64,000 nucleotides of DNA from Eubacteriales bacterium (GTDB lineage Bacteria > Bacillota > Clostridia > Oscillospirales > CAG-272), in assembly GCA_045644325.1 (NCBI GenBank), contig JAZRGT010000099.1, positions 11,152 to 75,151 on the forward strand, read 5' to 3'. The notes beneath the pieces were generated by a model. The model saw only the letters and a program-made list of their open reading frames with translations, ran no database searches and was not told the origin of the DNA. This document shows, in pieces, positions 37,776-45,194 of this stretch; positions within the stretch are counted from its first letter, which is position 1; each line of letters starts with the position of its first letter. A program made the position numbers and the translations under genes.

Positions 37776-38744
37776 TCAATTAAGCTTATCTATACTCTCA
37801 CCGATCAGCTCCGAGCCGTATAAATCGACCGCAAACGGATAGTATGCGGTATGATATTCCTTAAGTATCGCTATATCAGATCCTTCTATAAGACCGGCAT
37901 CAAATGCCTCTGTCAGGGTATACAAGCGGTTTCCGTCGAAGCCGTAGATACGGTTTCCGTTCTGATATACGAACACCTCTTCGCCGACTTCTTCATATTT
38001 AAGAGCATTGACGTAATATTTCAGCGGTGATTTATAGATAAAGAATACAACGTCGTCAAAAAGTCCGTAATAGTCGGTAATAACCACATCGTCAACCGTC
38101 GCTGTGTCGAGCTCCTTAAGAAGAAATTCGGTTACAACAGCTTGTTTAGCAAGCATTTCGGTCTCGGGGTCAAAGACCAATCTTTGAATATCGGGAACAG
38201 ACACGGTCACGTCTTTGAGTTCTTTATAAAATCTTGCGTAATAATAAGCTTCACACAAATGACCGTGCATTTCGCTGATATCCGAATAAGAAAGCTCGCC
38301 GCTTGAATACAGCTCGTTTGCGGAGAGTAATACGCCGTCTTTAAAACCGTAAACTCCCTCTGAGATAAAATTATGATTTGCAACGATCGCGGAATCAATT
38401 TGAGCCGTGGAACGGGTGTTATCAGTAAACATAATATATCCGTTATATGTTCCGAGATATTCCGCTCCGATCTGTCCCTTGCGATTGAAATTCTCAAGGA
38501 ATTCTACCAGAGGAATCCGACGGCGGGTCTTCTCTCGCCACGCCTTGTTCACTGCGTCTAAGAATTCCTGATTTATAATACTGTGATCGAGATTCGACCT
38601 CTGCATAGGAATTACAGTATCTTCCTTTTTCGTAGGCGCTGACACAAGTCCGCGATCATTCGACTTATATATGATTACTGCTACAGGGATAATAAGAAAG
38701 ACGAGTGCAAAAATTATAATATTCCTTATAAGATGTTCTTTCAT
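37776..38744 (-). CDS. Hypothetical N-terminally membrane-anchored extracytoplasmic protein
   Basis: Single TM helix (IIIFALVFLIIPVAVII) then a soluble domain of about 280 aa. Start set at 38744 (AGGAGA RBS) because a promoter occupies the track ORF start. Confidence 0.55.
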   Translation of the reverse strand: MKEHLIRNIIIFALVFLIIPVAVIIYKSNDRGLVSAPTKKEDTVIPMQRSNLDHSIINQEFLDAVNKAWREKTRRRIPLVEFLENFNRKGQIGAEYLGTYNGYIMFTDNTRSTAQIDSAIVANHNFISEGVYGFKDGVLLSANELYSSGELSYSDISEMHGHLCEAYYYARFYKELKDVTVSVPDIQRLVFDPETEMLAKQAVVTEFLLKELDTATVDDVVITDYYGLFDDVVFFIYKSPLKYYVNALKYEEVGEEVFVYQNGNRIYGFDGNRLYTLTEAFDAGLIEGSDIAILKEYHTAYYPFAVDLYGSELIGESIDKLN

Positions 38745-38787
38745 ATCGTATCTCCTTTCTTTAGACACGCCGAAATTATCTATACTA

Positions 38788-38816
38788 ATAATATCACATT
38801 TCCCTTCTCTTGTCAA
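38788..38816 (-). promoter_or_regulatory. Sigma-A promoter of the 37776-38744 gene
   Basis: Minus strand reads TTGACA, 17-nt spacer, TATTAT. Confidence 0.65.
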
Positions 38817-38819
38817 TAG

Positions 38820-38850
38820 AAAACAACACAGCGCTGGGCCGTGTTGTTTT
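38820..38850 (-). terminator. Terminator after the FAD oxidoreductase gene
   Basis: 10-bp stem AAAACAACAC/GTGTTGTTTT with an 11-nt loop. Confidence 0.6.
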
Positions 38851-38861
38851 CATTTATGAAA

Positions 38862-40706
38862 TTAATAAATTCTTACCTCATATACCTTGATCGCGGGGGC
38901 GCCGTTGGTTGCGAGGACGTGGATCTTAACCTCGTCTGCCTCGGTGGGATCTACGTCGCAGACTGCAAGGCGGAGATAGTTGCCGCGGACTTCCTTCTTG
39001 GAAACTTCCTTGCCGTCCTTATAAAGAACAACGTCGAAGTCCTTGAGAAGCTCGGGAGCAACGCCGATTCTCTGCTGAGACTGTCTGTTAGCGGACATAG
39101 TAACACGGATGGGGTATGCGAAGTTGGAGTCGGAGGTTACTCTTACCTGGCTTACGGTCTTTGCGCCGTCGAGCTTGAGGGTAAGGGTCTCGCCACCCTC
39201 GGAGATCGAATCGGTCATCCAAGCGTTATGCTCCTCGCCGATCTTTCTCGATACGCCGTTGATGACCTTCTCGGGCTCGCCGCCTGCGATGAAGGAAGAA
39301 GCCGAAACGGTTGCGGTGAGTGCCATATCCTTTGCGTCCTCATTCTTGTAAGGCAGGGGGAGATAGCCGTCTTCGCGGAGCATGATCTGCTGAAGCTCGG
39401 TGATGTGCTCGCCTACGCCGCGGGGATCGCAGCCGTACTTATCGCAGAGAGAAGCCGCAACGCCGACAGCCTGACCGCCGTTTGCACAGCAAGAGATAAT
39501 TCTTGTGGATGCAAGGCCGAGCTTGGTTGTGGAGATATTTCTTCCCGCCATAAAGAGGTTCTTGATGTTCTTGGAGTAGTAGCAACGGTAAGGAACGGTA
39601 TAGATACCCTCGAAGTGGTTGCAATCGGAGGGGAGAATATCGAAGTCAAGAAGTCCGTGGGGCGCGTGAAGGTCTACGCACCAACCTGCGTGGATAACAG
39701 CGTCATCGAATACTTTGTGATCGAGAATATCATTCTCGTTGAGCATATAGTCACCCATAAGTCTGCGGCTCTCGCGCATTCCGGGGAGTGCGCCTACCCA
39801 GATAAGCTCGAAGTTATCTGCGCCGTGCTCGCCGCCGTTCTTGATGTGATCCCAGAGACCGTATGCATAAGCGTAGAGATCGTCACGGATCTTTTCATAG
39901 TCCTCGATGATGTCCTCGCCGTCGCCCATAAGCTCGAGCCACCAGTAGCCGTAGTCAACTGCCGCGCAGGAGTTAGCGGAAAGGCGGAGCCATTCCTCGG
40001 GGTCGGGAGCCATGGAAGCATCAACCTTCATAGTCTTGGAGTGAACTCTGTAACGGAGCTGATGCTCGGTGAGGTGCTTTGCGAAAGGAGGAGGAGTGAA
40101 CTTAACGGGCTTGCCGGTGTCGACAGCCTTCATAAGGATGGTGTTACCCATTCTCTCGTTGTTAGCCTCTGCGGGAGCGTGGGGCTCGCCGGTTTCAGCC
40201 TTGGATTCGCTTCCCTGTCTGAACTCTGCGCCTGCGAAGTAGCCGAGGGTACCGTTACCGGTACAGTCAGCGAAGATGGGAGCGGTGATGCGGAGACGGA
40301 GCTCGGTAGTCTCCTGGAAGCACTTGATCGCTACGATGCGATCGTCCTCAACCTCGCAATCGTACATTGCGGTGTTGAAATATGTAGTAAGATTGGGCTC
40401 TTCCTTTGCCTTACGGAAAAGGACCATATCCCAAGTGGAATAGCTGAAGGAATCGTTTACAGCCTTGTTCTCAAGCATAAGCTCGTAAACAAGTCCGCTC
40501 TCTGCATAGTCGGGCTGACGAAGGCTCTGGTCAGCGCCTGAGATGTGGATACGGATCTCGCTGGATGCGTTGCCGCCGAGTACGGGACGGGCGTGGATGA
40601 GCGCAGTCTTAACACCCTCACGAGCCGCCGCGATAGCAGCACAAAGTCCGGACATACCTCCGCCGACAACAACAAAGGAATAATGTTCTTCTCTGAATCT
40701 CTTCAT
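38862..40706 (-). CDS. FAD-dependent oxidoreductase (FAD_oxidored-type) with C-terminal discoidin/F5-8-type-C-like domain
   Basis: N-terminal dinucleotide fold FVVVGGGMSGLCAAIAAAREG...GGNASSE. The C-terminal region of about 150 aa resembles a carbohydrate-binding beta-sandwich. Confidence 0.7.
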   Translation of the reverse strand: MKRFREEHYSFVVVGGGMSGLCAAIAAAREGVKTALIHARPVLGGNASSEIRIHISGADQSLRQPDYAESGLVYELMLENKAVNDSFSYSTWDMVLFRKAKEEPNLTTYFNTAMYDCEVEDDRIVAIKCFQETTELRLRITAPIFADCTGNGTLGYFAGAEFRQGSESKAETGEPHAPAEANNERMGNTILMKAVDTGKPVKFTPPPFAKHLTEHQLRYRVHSKTMKVDASMAPDPEEWLRLSANSCAAVDYGYWWLELMGDGEDIIEDYEKIRDDLYAYAYGLWDHIKNGGEHGADNFELIWVGALPGMRESRRLMGDYMLNENDILDHKVFDDAVIHAGWCVDLHAPHGLLDFDILPSDCNHFEGIYTVPYRCYYSKNIKNLFMAGRNISTTKLGLASTRIISCCANGGQAVGVAASLCDKYGCDPRGVGEHITELQQIMLREDGYLPLPYKNEDAKDMALTATVSASSFIAGGEPEKVINGVSRKIGEEHNAWMTDSISEGGETLTLKLDGAKTVSQVRVTSDSNFAYPIRVTMSANRQSQQRIGVAPELLKDFDVVLYKDGKEVSKKEVRGNYLRLAVCDVDPTEADEVKIHVLATNGAPAIKVYEVRIY

Positions 40707-40848
40707 TTAAATAATTTCCTCCGAAGATAATTTTTTCATACAGATTAATTATACTATATTTTATCAGAAAGGTCAATACCTATTTAGGGCTTGTACATCA
40801 ATTATCTGTAAATTTTCGTTTATTTATCGAAAAAAATCAGAAATTCTC

Positions 40849-40877
40849 TTGACATATTGAATAATTAGCTTTATAAT
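40849..40877 (+). promoter_or_regulatory. Consensus sigma-A promoter of mscL
   Basis: TTGACA, 17-nt spacer, TATAAT. It places the TSS near 40884, so the start codon is 40910. Confidence 0.75.
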
Positions 40878-40909
40878 ATTATATGATTAAAATAGCCGGA
40901 GGTTTTATT

Positions 40910-41443
40910 ATGGCAAAGAAAAAGAGCACCTTTGGTGCGGACTTCAAGAAATTCATTTCTCGCGGAAACGTAGTTGATATGGCAGTCGGCGTTGTTGTCG
41001 GCGGCGCGTTCAGCAAGATCGTAACCGGTTTTGTTAACTACGTCATCAATCCCTTCGTAGGCATCTTCCTCAAGAGCGGCAGCCTTGACTCGATCAAGAC
41101 CGTTATCACTCCCGAAGAGCTCAACGAGGCGGGGGAAGTTGTTACCGCAGAGGTTGCACTCCTTTGGGGTACTTGGCTCCAGACCATCATCGACTTCCTT
41201 ATCATCGCTTTCTGCATCTTCTGCGTTGTCAGAATGATCAACAAGATCAAGGATAAGGCAAACGAGAAGGAAGCTCTTGCAAAGGCTGAGGCTGATGCTG
41301 CCGCTAAGAAGGCTGCTGACGAGAAGGCAGCGGCTGACGCAGAGGCTGCAAAGGCAAAGGCTGAGGAAGAGGCTGCATTCCGCGCTTCCATTATGAAGCA
41401 GACCGAGCTTCTCGCTGAGATCAGCAAGTCTCTCAAGAAGTAA
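40910..41443 (+). CDS. mscL: Large-conductance mechanosensitive channel with extended A/E/K-rich C-terminus
   Basis: FKKFISRGNVVDMAVGVVVGGAF is the classic MscL N-terminus/TM1. GGAGG RBS. Confidence 0.9.
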   Translation: MAKKKSTFGADFKKFISRGNVVDMAVGVVVGGAFSKIVTGFVNYVINPFVGIFLKSGSLDSIKTVITPEELNEAGEVVTAEVALLWGTWLQTIIDFLIIAFCIFCVVRMINKIKDKANEKEALAKAEADAAAKKAADEKAAADAEAAKAKAEEEAAFRASIMKQTELLAEISKSLKK

Positions 41444-41499
41444 TTTACACACAAGGGACGGCTTAAATGCCGTCCCTACGCATTACCCGGAGGTTTAAT

Positions 41500-41949
41500 A
41501 TGAAAAACAAAACTCCATTTCGCGAGCGAGTATGGCAATTTATGCAAGGACGCAACGGCGTTGACGCGCTTTACAATTTTCAGATAATCGTTTGCTTCGT
41601 TCTTATAATCGTGAATTTCTTTCTCACGGGTATACCGAAGCTGATCATCAGCGTCATCTATCTCGCTATCATTTCCTGGGCATTTTTCAGATATTTGTCG
41701 AAAAATCTCTACAAAAGACGTAAAGAAAACGCAGATTTTCTTCGTTTTATAAAAAAATTTGCCGCATTTTTCCGCCTGCAGCGTGACCGTATACGCGACA
41801 GAAAAACTCACGTTTACCGCCGCTGTCCGAAATGCAAGAACGTTTTGCGCCTGCCCAAAAAGGCGGGAAAGCACAACGTCTGCTGTCCCTGCTGTTCTCA
41901 CAGATTCGGCGTTTATATTGCGGGATTTGCCCCAAAGGGCGATAAGTAA
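41500..41949 (+). CDS. Membrane protein with C-terminal zinc-ribbon
   Basis: Two TM helices then CPKC...CCPCC. GGAGG RBS 7 nt upstream of the ATG at 41500. Confidence 0.6.
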   Translation: MKNKTPFRERVWQFMQGRNGVDALYNFQIIVCFVLIIVNFFLTGIPKLIISVIYLAIISWAFFRYLSKNLYKRRKENADFLRFIKKFAAFFRLQRDRIRDRKTHVYRRCPKCKNVLRLPKKAGKHNVCCPCCSHRFGVYIAGFAPKGDK

Positions 41950-41987
41950 AAATAAAGCCAAGGATTTGAGTTCCTTGGCTTTATTTT
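41949..41987. terminator. Bidirectional terminator ending the decarboxylase-like operon
   Basis: Perfect 16-bp stem AAAATAAAGCCAAGGA/TCCTTGGCTTTATTTT with a 7-nt loop. Confidence 0.85.
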
Positions 41988-43045
41988 TATATTATATGAA
42001 TTCCTTTTTCGGGATGTGAGTGAAGCAGATCAAGGCAATAGCGCTTGGCGTTTCTGCGCTTGAAAAAGTCGATTGCGTCCCCTCCCCAAAGAGCGTATGT
42101 CAGTACATCCTCTTCCTGCTCCGACCAAGCGGCGATTTTATCTTCGATAAGCTCAAGTGAGGGCTCGATCATATCAGCGGGACGAACGAGAACAAGCGGC
42201 TCACCGCCGCAAATCGCGGAGATGAGATCTTGCGAGATCGGGCAAGGAGTTCTGCCGTATTTACCGAGGAGAAGATCCTTGAACCGGGGAGAGACCTCTG
42301 CGTAAGGCTCTTTGAAATGATTCATAACAGCTTGCTCAATAACGATATCACGAACAAAACCGAAAAGCGGAGGATGTCCAGCGTCCGGGCAGAGTTTTTC
42401 TATCTCATCCGCATATTCTGCGGGTATTGGATCGCTGATATCGTTTTCGTATAAATCCGCACCTGAATCAATCGCTATTTTCGAAATCACGGTAGACATA
42501 CCCGAAACGCCAAGCGGGAGATTTACTGCTTCTTTAATCGCTTTCACGGTGTCGCGGCAGGAAAAATCTTCCGACATTGAGAAGAGCCAGATTCCGTCGG
42601 CGCCGAGTGCTGAAAGCTGTGCGGCGTAGCCTGCAAAGAACGAGGGAGAATACGCCGGATTCTTTGAATAGACCATACCCGCATATACTTTCACTCCGCA
42701 TCTTTTGGCGGCGGTGATTGCCGTTTGCAGATTGCGCGGATCATTTAGCGGATCGTATATCCTGAACTCGGAAATTCCGTTTTCGACAGCTCGTGTTACG
42801 AACGCCTCGACAATATCGTCGGATAAAATCCTGTCGGAAACGAGGCATTGTCCCGCAATAGTCAGCGAAAGCGGAGTATTCGCCGTTTCTGCACGAATTG
42901 CGCGGAGCAGATCCCACGGATCGTAATCAAGCTCGGAAAAGCAAACGCGAGTCACATCGATGGCGACGTAATGATAACAGTCCAATTGCCCGAGTGTGTC
43001 AAGTTCTGCGTAGCCGAGCGTGGTATATTCATTGAAAGCATCCAT
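41987..43045 (-). CDS. OadA / transcarboxylase-5S-like TIM-barrel protein lacking the catalytic metal-ligand motifs (probable pseudoenzyme)
   Basis: DPWDLLRAIRAETANTPLSLTIAGQC, ENGISEFRIYDPLNDPRN and the C-terminal LVRPADMIEP...EDVLTYALW align to the OadA/PYC_OADA pattern. The RDxHQS, KDM and HxHxH motifs are absent or replaced. Confidence 0.65.
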   Translation of the reverse strand: MDAFNEYTTLGYAELDTLGQLDCYHYVAIDVTRVCFSELDYDPWDLLRAIRAETANTPLSLTIAGQCLVSDRILSDDIVEAFVTRAVENGISEFRIYDPLNDPRNLQTAITAAKRCGVKVYAGMVYSKNPAYSPSFFAGYAAQLSALGADGIWLFSMSEDFSCRDTVKAIKEAVNLPLGVSGMSTVISKIAIDSGADLYENDISDPIPAEYADEIEKLCPDAGHPPLFGFVRDIVIEQAVMNHFKEPYAEVSPRFKDLLLGKYGRTPCPISQDLISAICGGEPLVLVRPADMIEPSLELIEDKIAAWSEQEEDVLTYALWGGDAIDFFKRRNAKRYCLDLLHSHPEKGIHII

Positions 43046-43048
43046 AAC

Positions 43049-43177
43049 TTATTTTTCTTCTGCTTTCTCTTCCTTTTTCTCGGAGGCTTCGCCTTCTTTT
43101 GCGGACTCTTCCTCTTTGATCTCTTCAATTTCAACGACGTATTCCTTGCCGTTTACCTTCACTTTGAATTTTCTCAT
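43049..43177 (-). CDS. 42-aa small protein resembling the N-terminal module of decarboxylase biotin-carrier/small subunits (no biotinyl domain)
   Basis: Not in the ORF track (under 60 aa). MRKFKVKVNGKEYVVEIEEIKEEESAKEGEASEKKEEKAEEK. GAGGTG RBS overlaps the upstream stop; its own stop is 3 nt before the next ATG. Confidence 0.55.
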   Translation of the reverse strand: MRKFKVKVNGKEYVVEIEEIKEEESAKEGEASEKKEEKAEEK

Positions 43178-43185
43178 TTTACACC

Positions 43186-43488
43186 TCAGCCTATGCGGCG
43201 GTTATTTGTTCTTTTGAATGATACTACGCGGAAAGCGGGGACTTCTTCTCTGCCCTCGGCTTTCGCTTCTTCCTCTAAAATAATTGCGATTGCGGCTGTG
43301 ACAGCGGCGACTTCCTCGGAATCATCCTCTTCGGGAATCACAGCTTGCTGTTCGGCAATTTGCTTTCTTTCGATCCATTTACGCAGATATGCAAGACCGA
43401 TATAAAGAGCCGCGACGACTATAACGCCGATGATCACGAAAAGCATGGAGCCGTTCTGTGTGGGCTCGGAATTAAGTAAAAAGTTCAT
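43186..43488 (-). CDS. OadG-family (decarboxylase gamma/delta-type) single-pass membrane subunit
   Basis: N-terminal TM helix, then EEVAAVTAAIAIILEEE, typical of OadG/MmdD. Start set at the ATG at 43488 (AGAGG RBS, 5 nt after the upstream stop). Confidence 0.65.
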   Translation of the reverse strand: MNFLLNSEPTQNGSMLFVIIGVIVVAALYIGLAYLRKWIERKQIAEQQAVIPEEDDSEEVAAVTAAIAIILEEEAKAEGREEVPAFRVVSFKRTNNRRIG

Positions 43489-43492
43489 CGAC

Positions 43493-44953
43493 TTACCTCT
43501 TTTTGCGCACGGGAGTCGCATTCTTTTTGCCGAGGAGCATATGGAGTGCAGCGATCACGCGGGGGCGGAGCTCGGAGGGAGTCAGGATATCGTCGATTTC
43601 ACCGCAGAGAGCGGCATCATTGGGCGAAGCGAGCTTTTCGCGCCATTCGATCTCAAGCATCTCGCGGCTTGCGGTCAGATCGTTCTGCCTGATGCGTTCG
43701 CTCCAGACGAAGGCAACCGATGCTTCGGGCGAAAGCGCGCTGATGCAGGAGTCGGTCAGCGCGAACGCGATATCCGCGCCGAGAGATTTCGACGCCATAT
43801 AGACGAATCCAACGCCGTAGGCTCTGCCGATGACGGAGGTTATCTTCGGATTCGATGAGAACGCAAATGCATCCGTCATAGCCGCAGCACTTTCGAGGTA
43901 GAAGGCATTTTCCGTGACGGAATTGTCAAATCCGGGGCAATCGACGAAGGAGAGCAGCGGCAGACCGAATGAGTCTGCAAATTTCTGTATTTTTGTTATA
44001 ACGCGGCAAGCGCCGGGAGTGAGTGCGCCATCCTTATGCGCGCGCTCCGATGCCATAAAAGCGCATCCGACACCGCCTACGGAGGCAAAACCAACGGCAA
44101 TTTCGGGTGCGTATTCGGCAAACAGACGGATATAATTCTTTTTATCCGATATTTCCGCAACGAGTGCTTCACCGCAGAGTAATCGGAGGTCGGGGGCGCG
44201 TTGAAGTTCAAACTCGGGAATATCGAAGTCAACGGCAGTTCCCTCGGTATTATTAGAAGGTAGAAAACCTATCAGATTTCGCGCAAAGCGGTAAAGCTCG
44301 GCTTCATCCTCGGCTTCGTAAGCAGAAATACCCTCGGGTGCGGGGAATGTTTTCGTTCCGTTTACAAAGGGAGATACGGCGTAGATCTCTGACGATTCCT
44401 TTACGGAAACAATGAAATCAAACGATGATGCGAATACAGCATGAGTGCCGCCGCAGACGCCGGGAACGAGTGCGATACGCGGAACGATACCGACGGCGGA
44501 GCTGTTTGCCGCGGCGGTCCTTCCGAGTGCGGCGAGCATTTTTGCGCCCTCGTAGATATACGCGCCGTCACTGTCGAAGATCCCGACGATGGGAGCACCG
44601 TTGCGCAGAGCCATTGAGTAAAGGTCGCAGATCAGTTTGCCCGATGTCGAATCGAAGGCTCCGTTCATTCGTGCACGGTCTTGAGCGAAGGCGTATACAA
44701 GTCTTCCGCCTACAGCACCGTAGCCGCAGATAACGCCCGCGGGCTCGTCGGGATCGGAGGAGCGGTTCATATACGCACCGATGCGCGAGAAGGTGCCGTG
44801 ATCGAAAAGCGCGGTCAGTCGTGCCGCAGCAGTAAACTCGCCCGTGCTTTCAACAGCCGCAGAAACGTCGATCTCGCGAAGCATTTCGGTCAGCTTTTCC
44901 GCCGTCATCGCGCGGCGCAGGCTTTTATTTTTTTCTTTAGAGTTGTTATCCAT
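43493..44953 (-). CDS. Acyl-CoA carboxyltransferase (AccD/PccB/MmdA/GcdA family), divergent
   Basis: Two carboxyl-transferase halves: GYGAVGGRLVYAFAQD...NGAPIVGIFDSDGA...VPGVCGGT and GALTPGACRVITKIQKFADSFGLPLLSFVDCPGF. Confidence 0.75.
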   Translation of the reverse strand: MDNNSKEKNKSLRRAMTAEKLTEMLREIDVSAAVESTGEFTAAARLTALFDHGTFSRIGAYMNRSSDPDEPAGVICGYGAVGGRLVYAFAQDRARMNGAFDSTSGKLICDLYSMALRNGAPIVGIFDSDGAYIYEGAKMLAALGRTAAANSSAVGIVPRIALVPGVCGGTHAVFASSFDFIVSVKESSEIYAVSPFVNGTKTFPAPEGISAYEAEDEAELYRFARNLIGFLPSNNTEGTAVDFDIPEFELQRAPDLRLLCGEALVAEISDKKNYIRLFAEYAPEIAVGFASVGGVGCAFMASERAHKDGALTPGACRVITKIQKFADSFGLPLLSFVDCPGFDNSVTENAFYLESAAAMTDAFAFSSNPKITSVIGRAYGVGFVYMASKSLGADIAFALTDSCISALSPEASVAFVWSERIRQNDLTASREMLEIEWREKLASPNDAALCGEIDDILTPSELRPRVIAALHMLLGKKNATPVRKKR

Positions 44954-44984
44954 AGATATATCTCCAAATTCTGATATTCATTTA

Positions 44985-45013
44985 ATTATACCATAAATTC
45001 CTCTTTTTTACAA
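44985..45013 (-). promoter_or_regulatory. Sigma-A promoter of the decarboxylase-like operon
   Basis: Minus strand reads TTGTAA, 17-nt spacer, TGgTATAAT. Confidence 0.7.
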
Positions 45014-45032
45014 TAGGGATTTCAATTTCCGA

Positions 45033-45061
45033 TTGAAAAGGCGCAAGAAATGTGGTATAAT
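45033..45061 (+). promoter_or_regulatory. Consensus sigma-A promoter of the membrane-tethered XRE gene
   Basis: TTGAAA, 17-nt spacer, TATAAT. Leaves a leader of about 130 nt. Confidence 0.7.
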
Positions 45062-45194
45062 AGGGTAAAAACCGCAAATTCTCGCATTCCGAGAGTGATT
45101 CTCGGTCTGATGGGTGGACTTTTCTCTGACAAAATGGTAGAATGTAGCCACAGCCAAGCCGGCACGGCTGATTCAAACCTTATGGAGGTACGTT

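Noticed and set aside
41454-41477. Hairpin GGGACGGC/GCCGTCCC after mscL as a terminator
   Set aside because: It has only an 8-bp stem and no U-tail, and the next gene starts 23 nt later. This is more likely an intra-operon stem than a functional terminator.
42952-43134. 60-aa K/R-rich ORF overlapping the start of the 5S-like gene
   Set aside because: It is an out-of-frame reading of a GA-rich stretch, has no RBS, and overlaps two coupled genes. The 42-aa frame at 43049-43177 has an SD and stop/start coupling, so I preferred that one.
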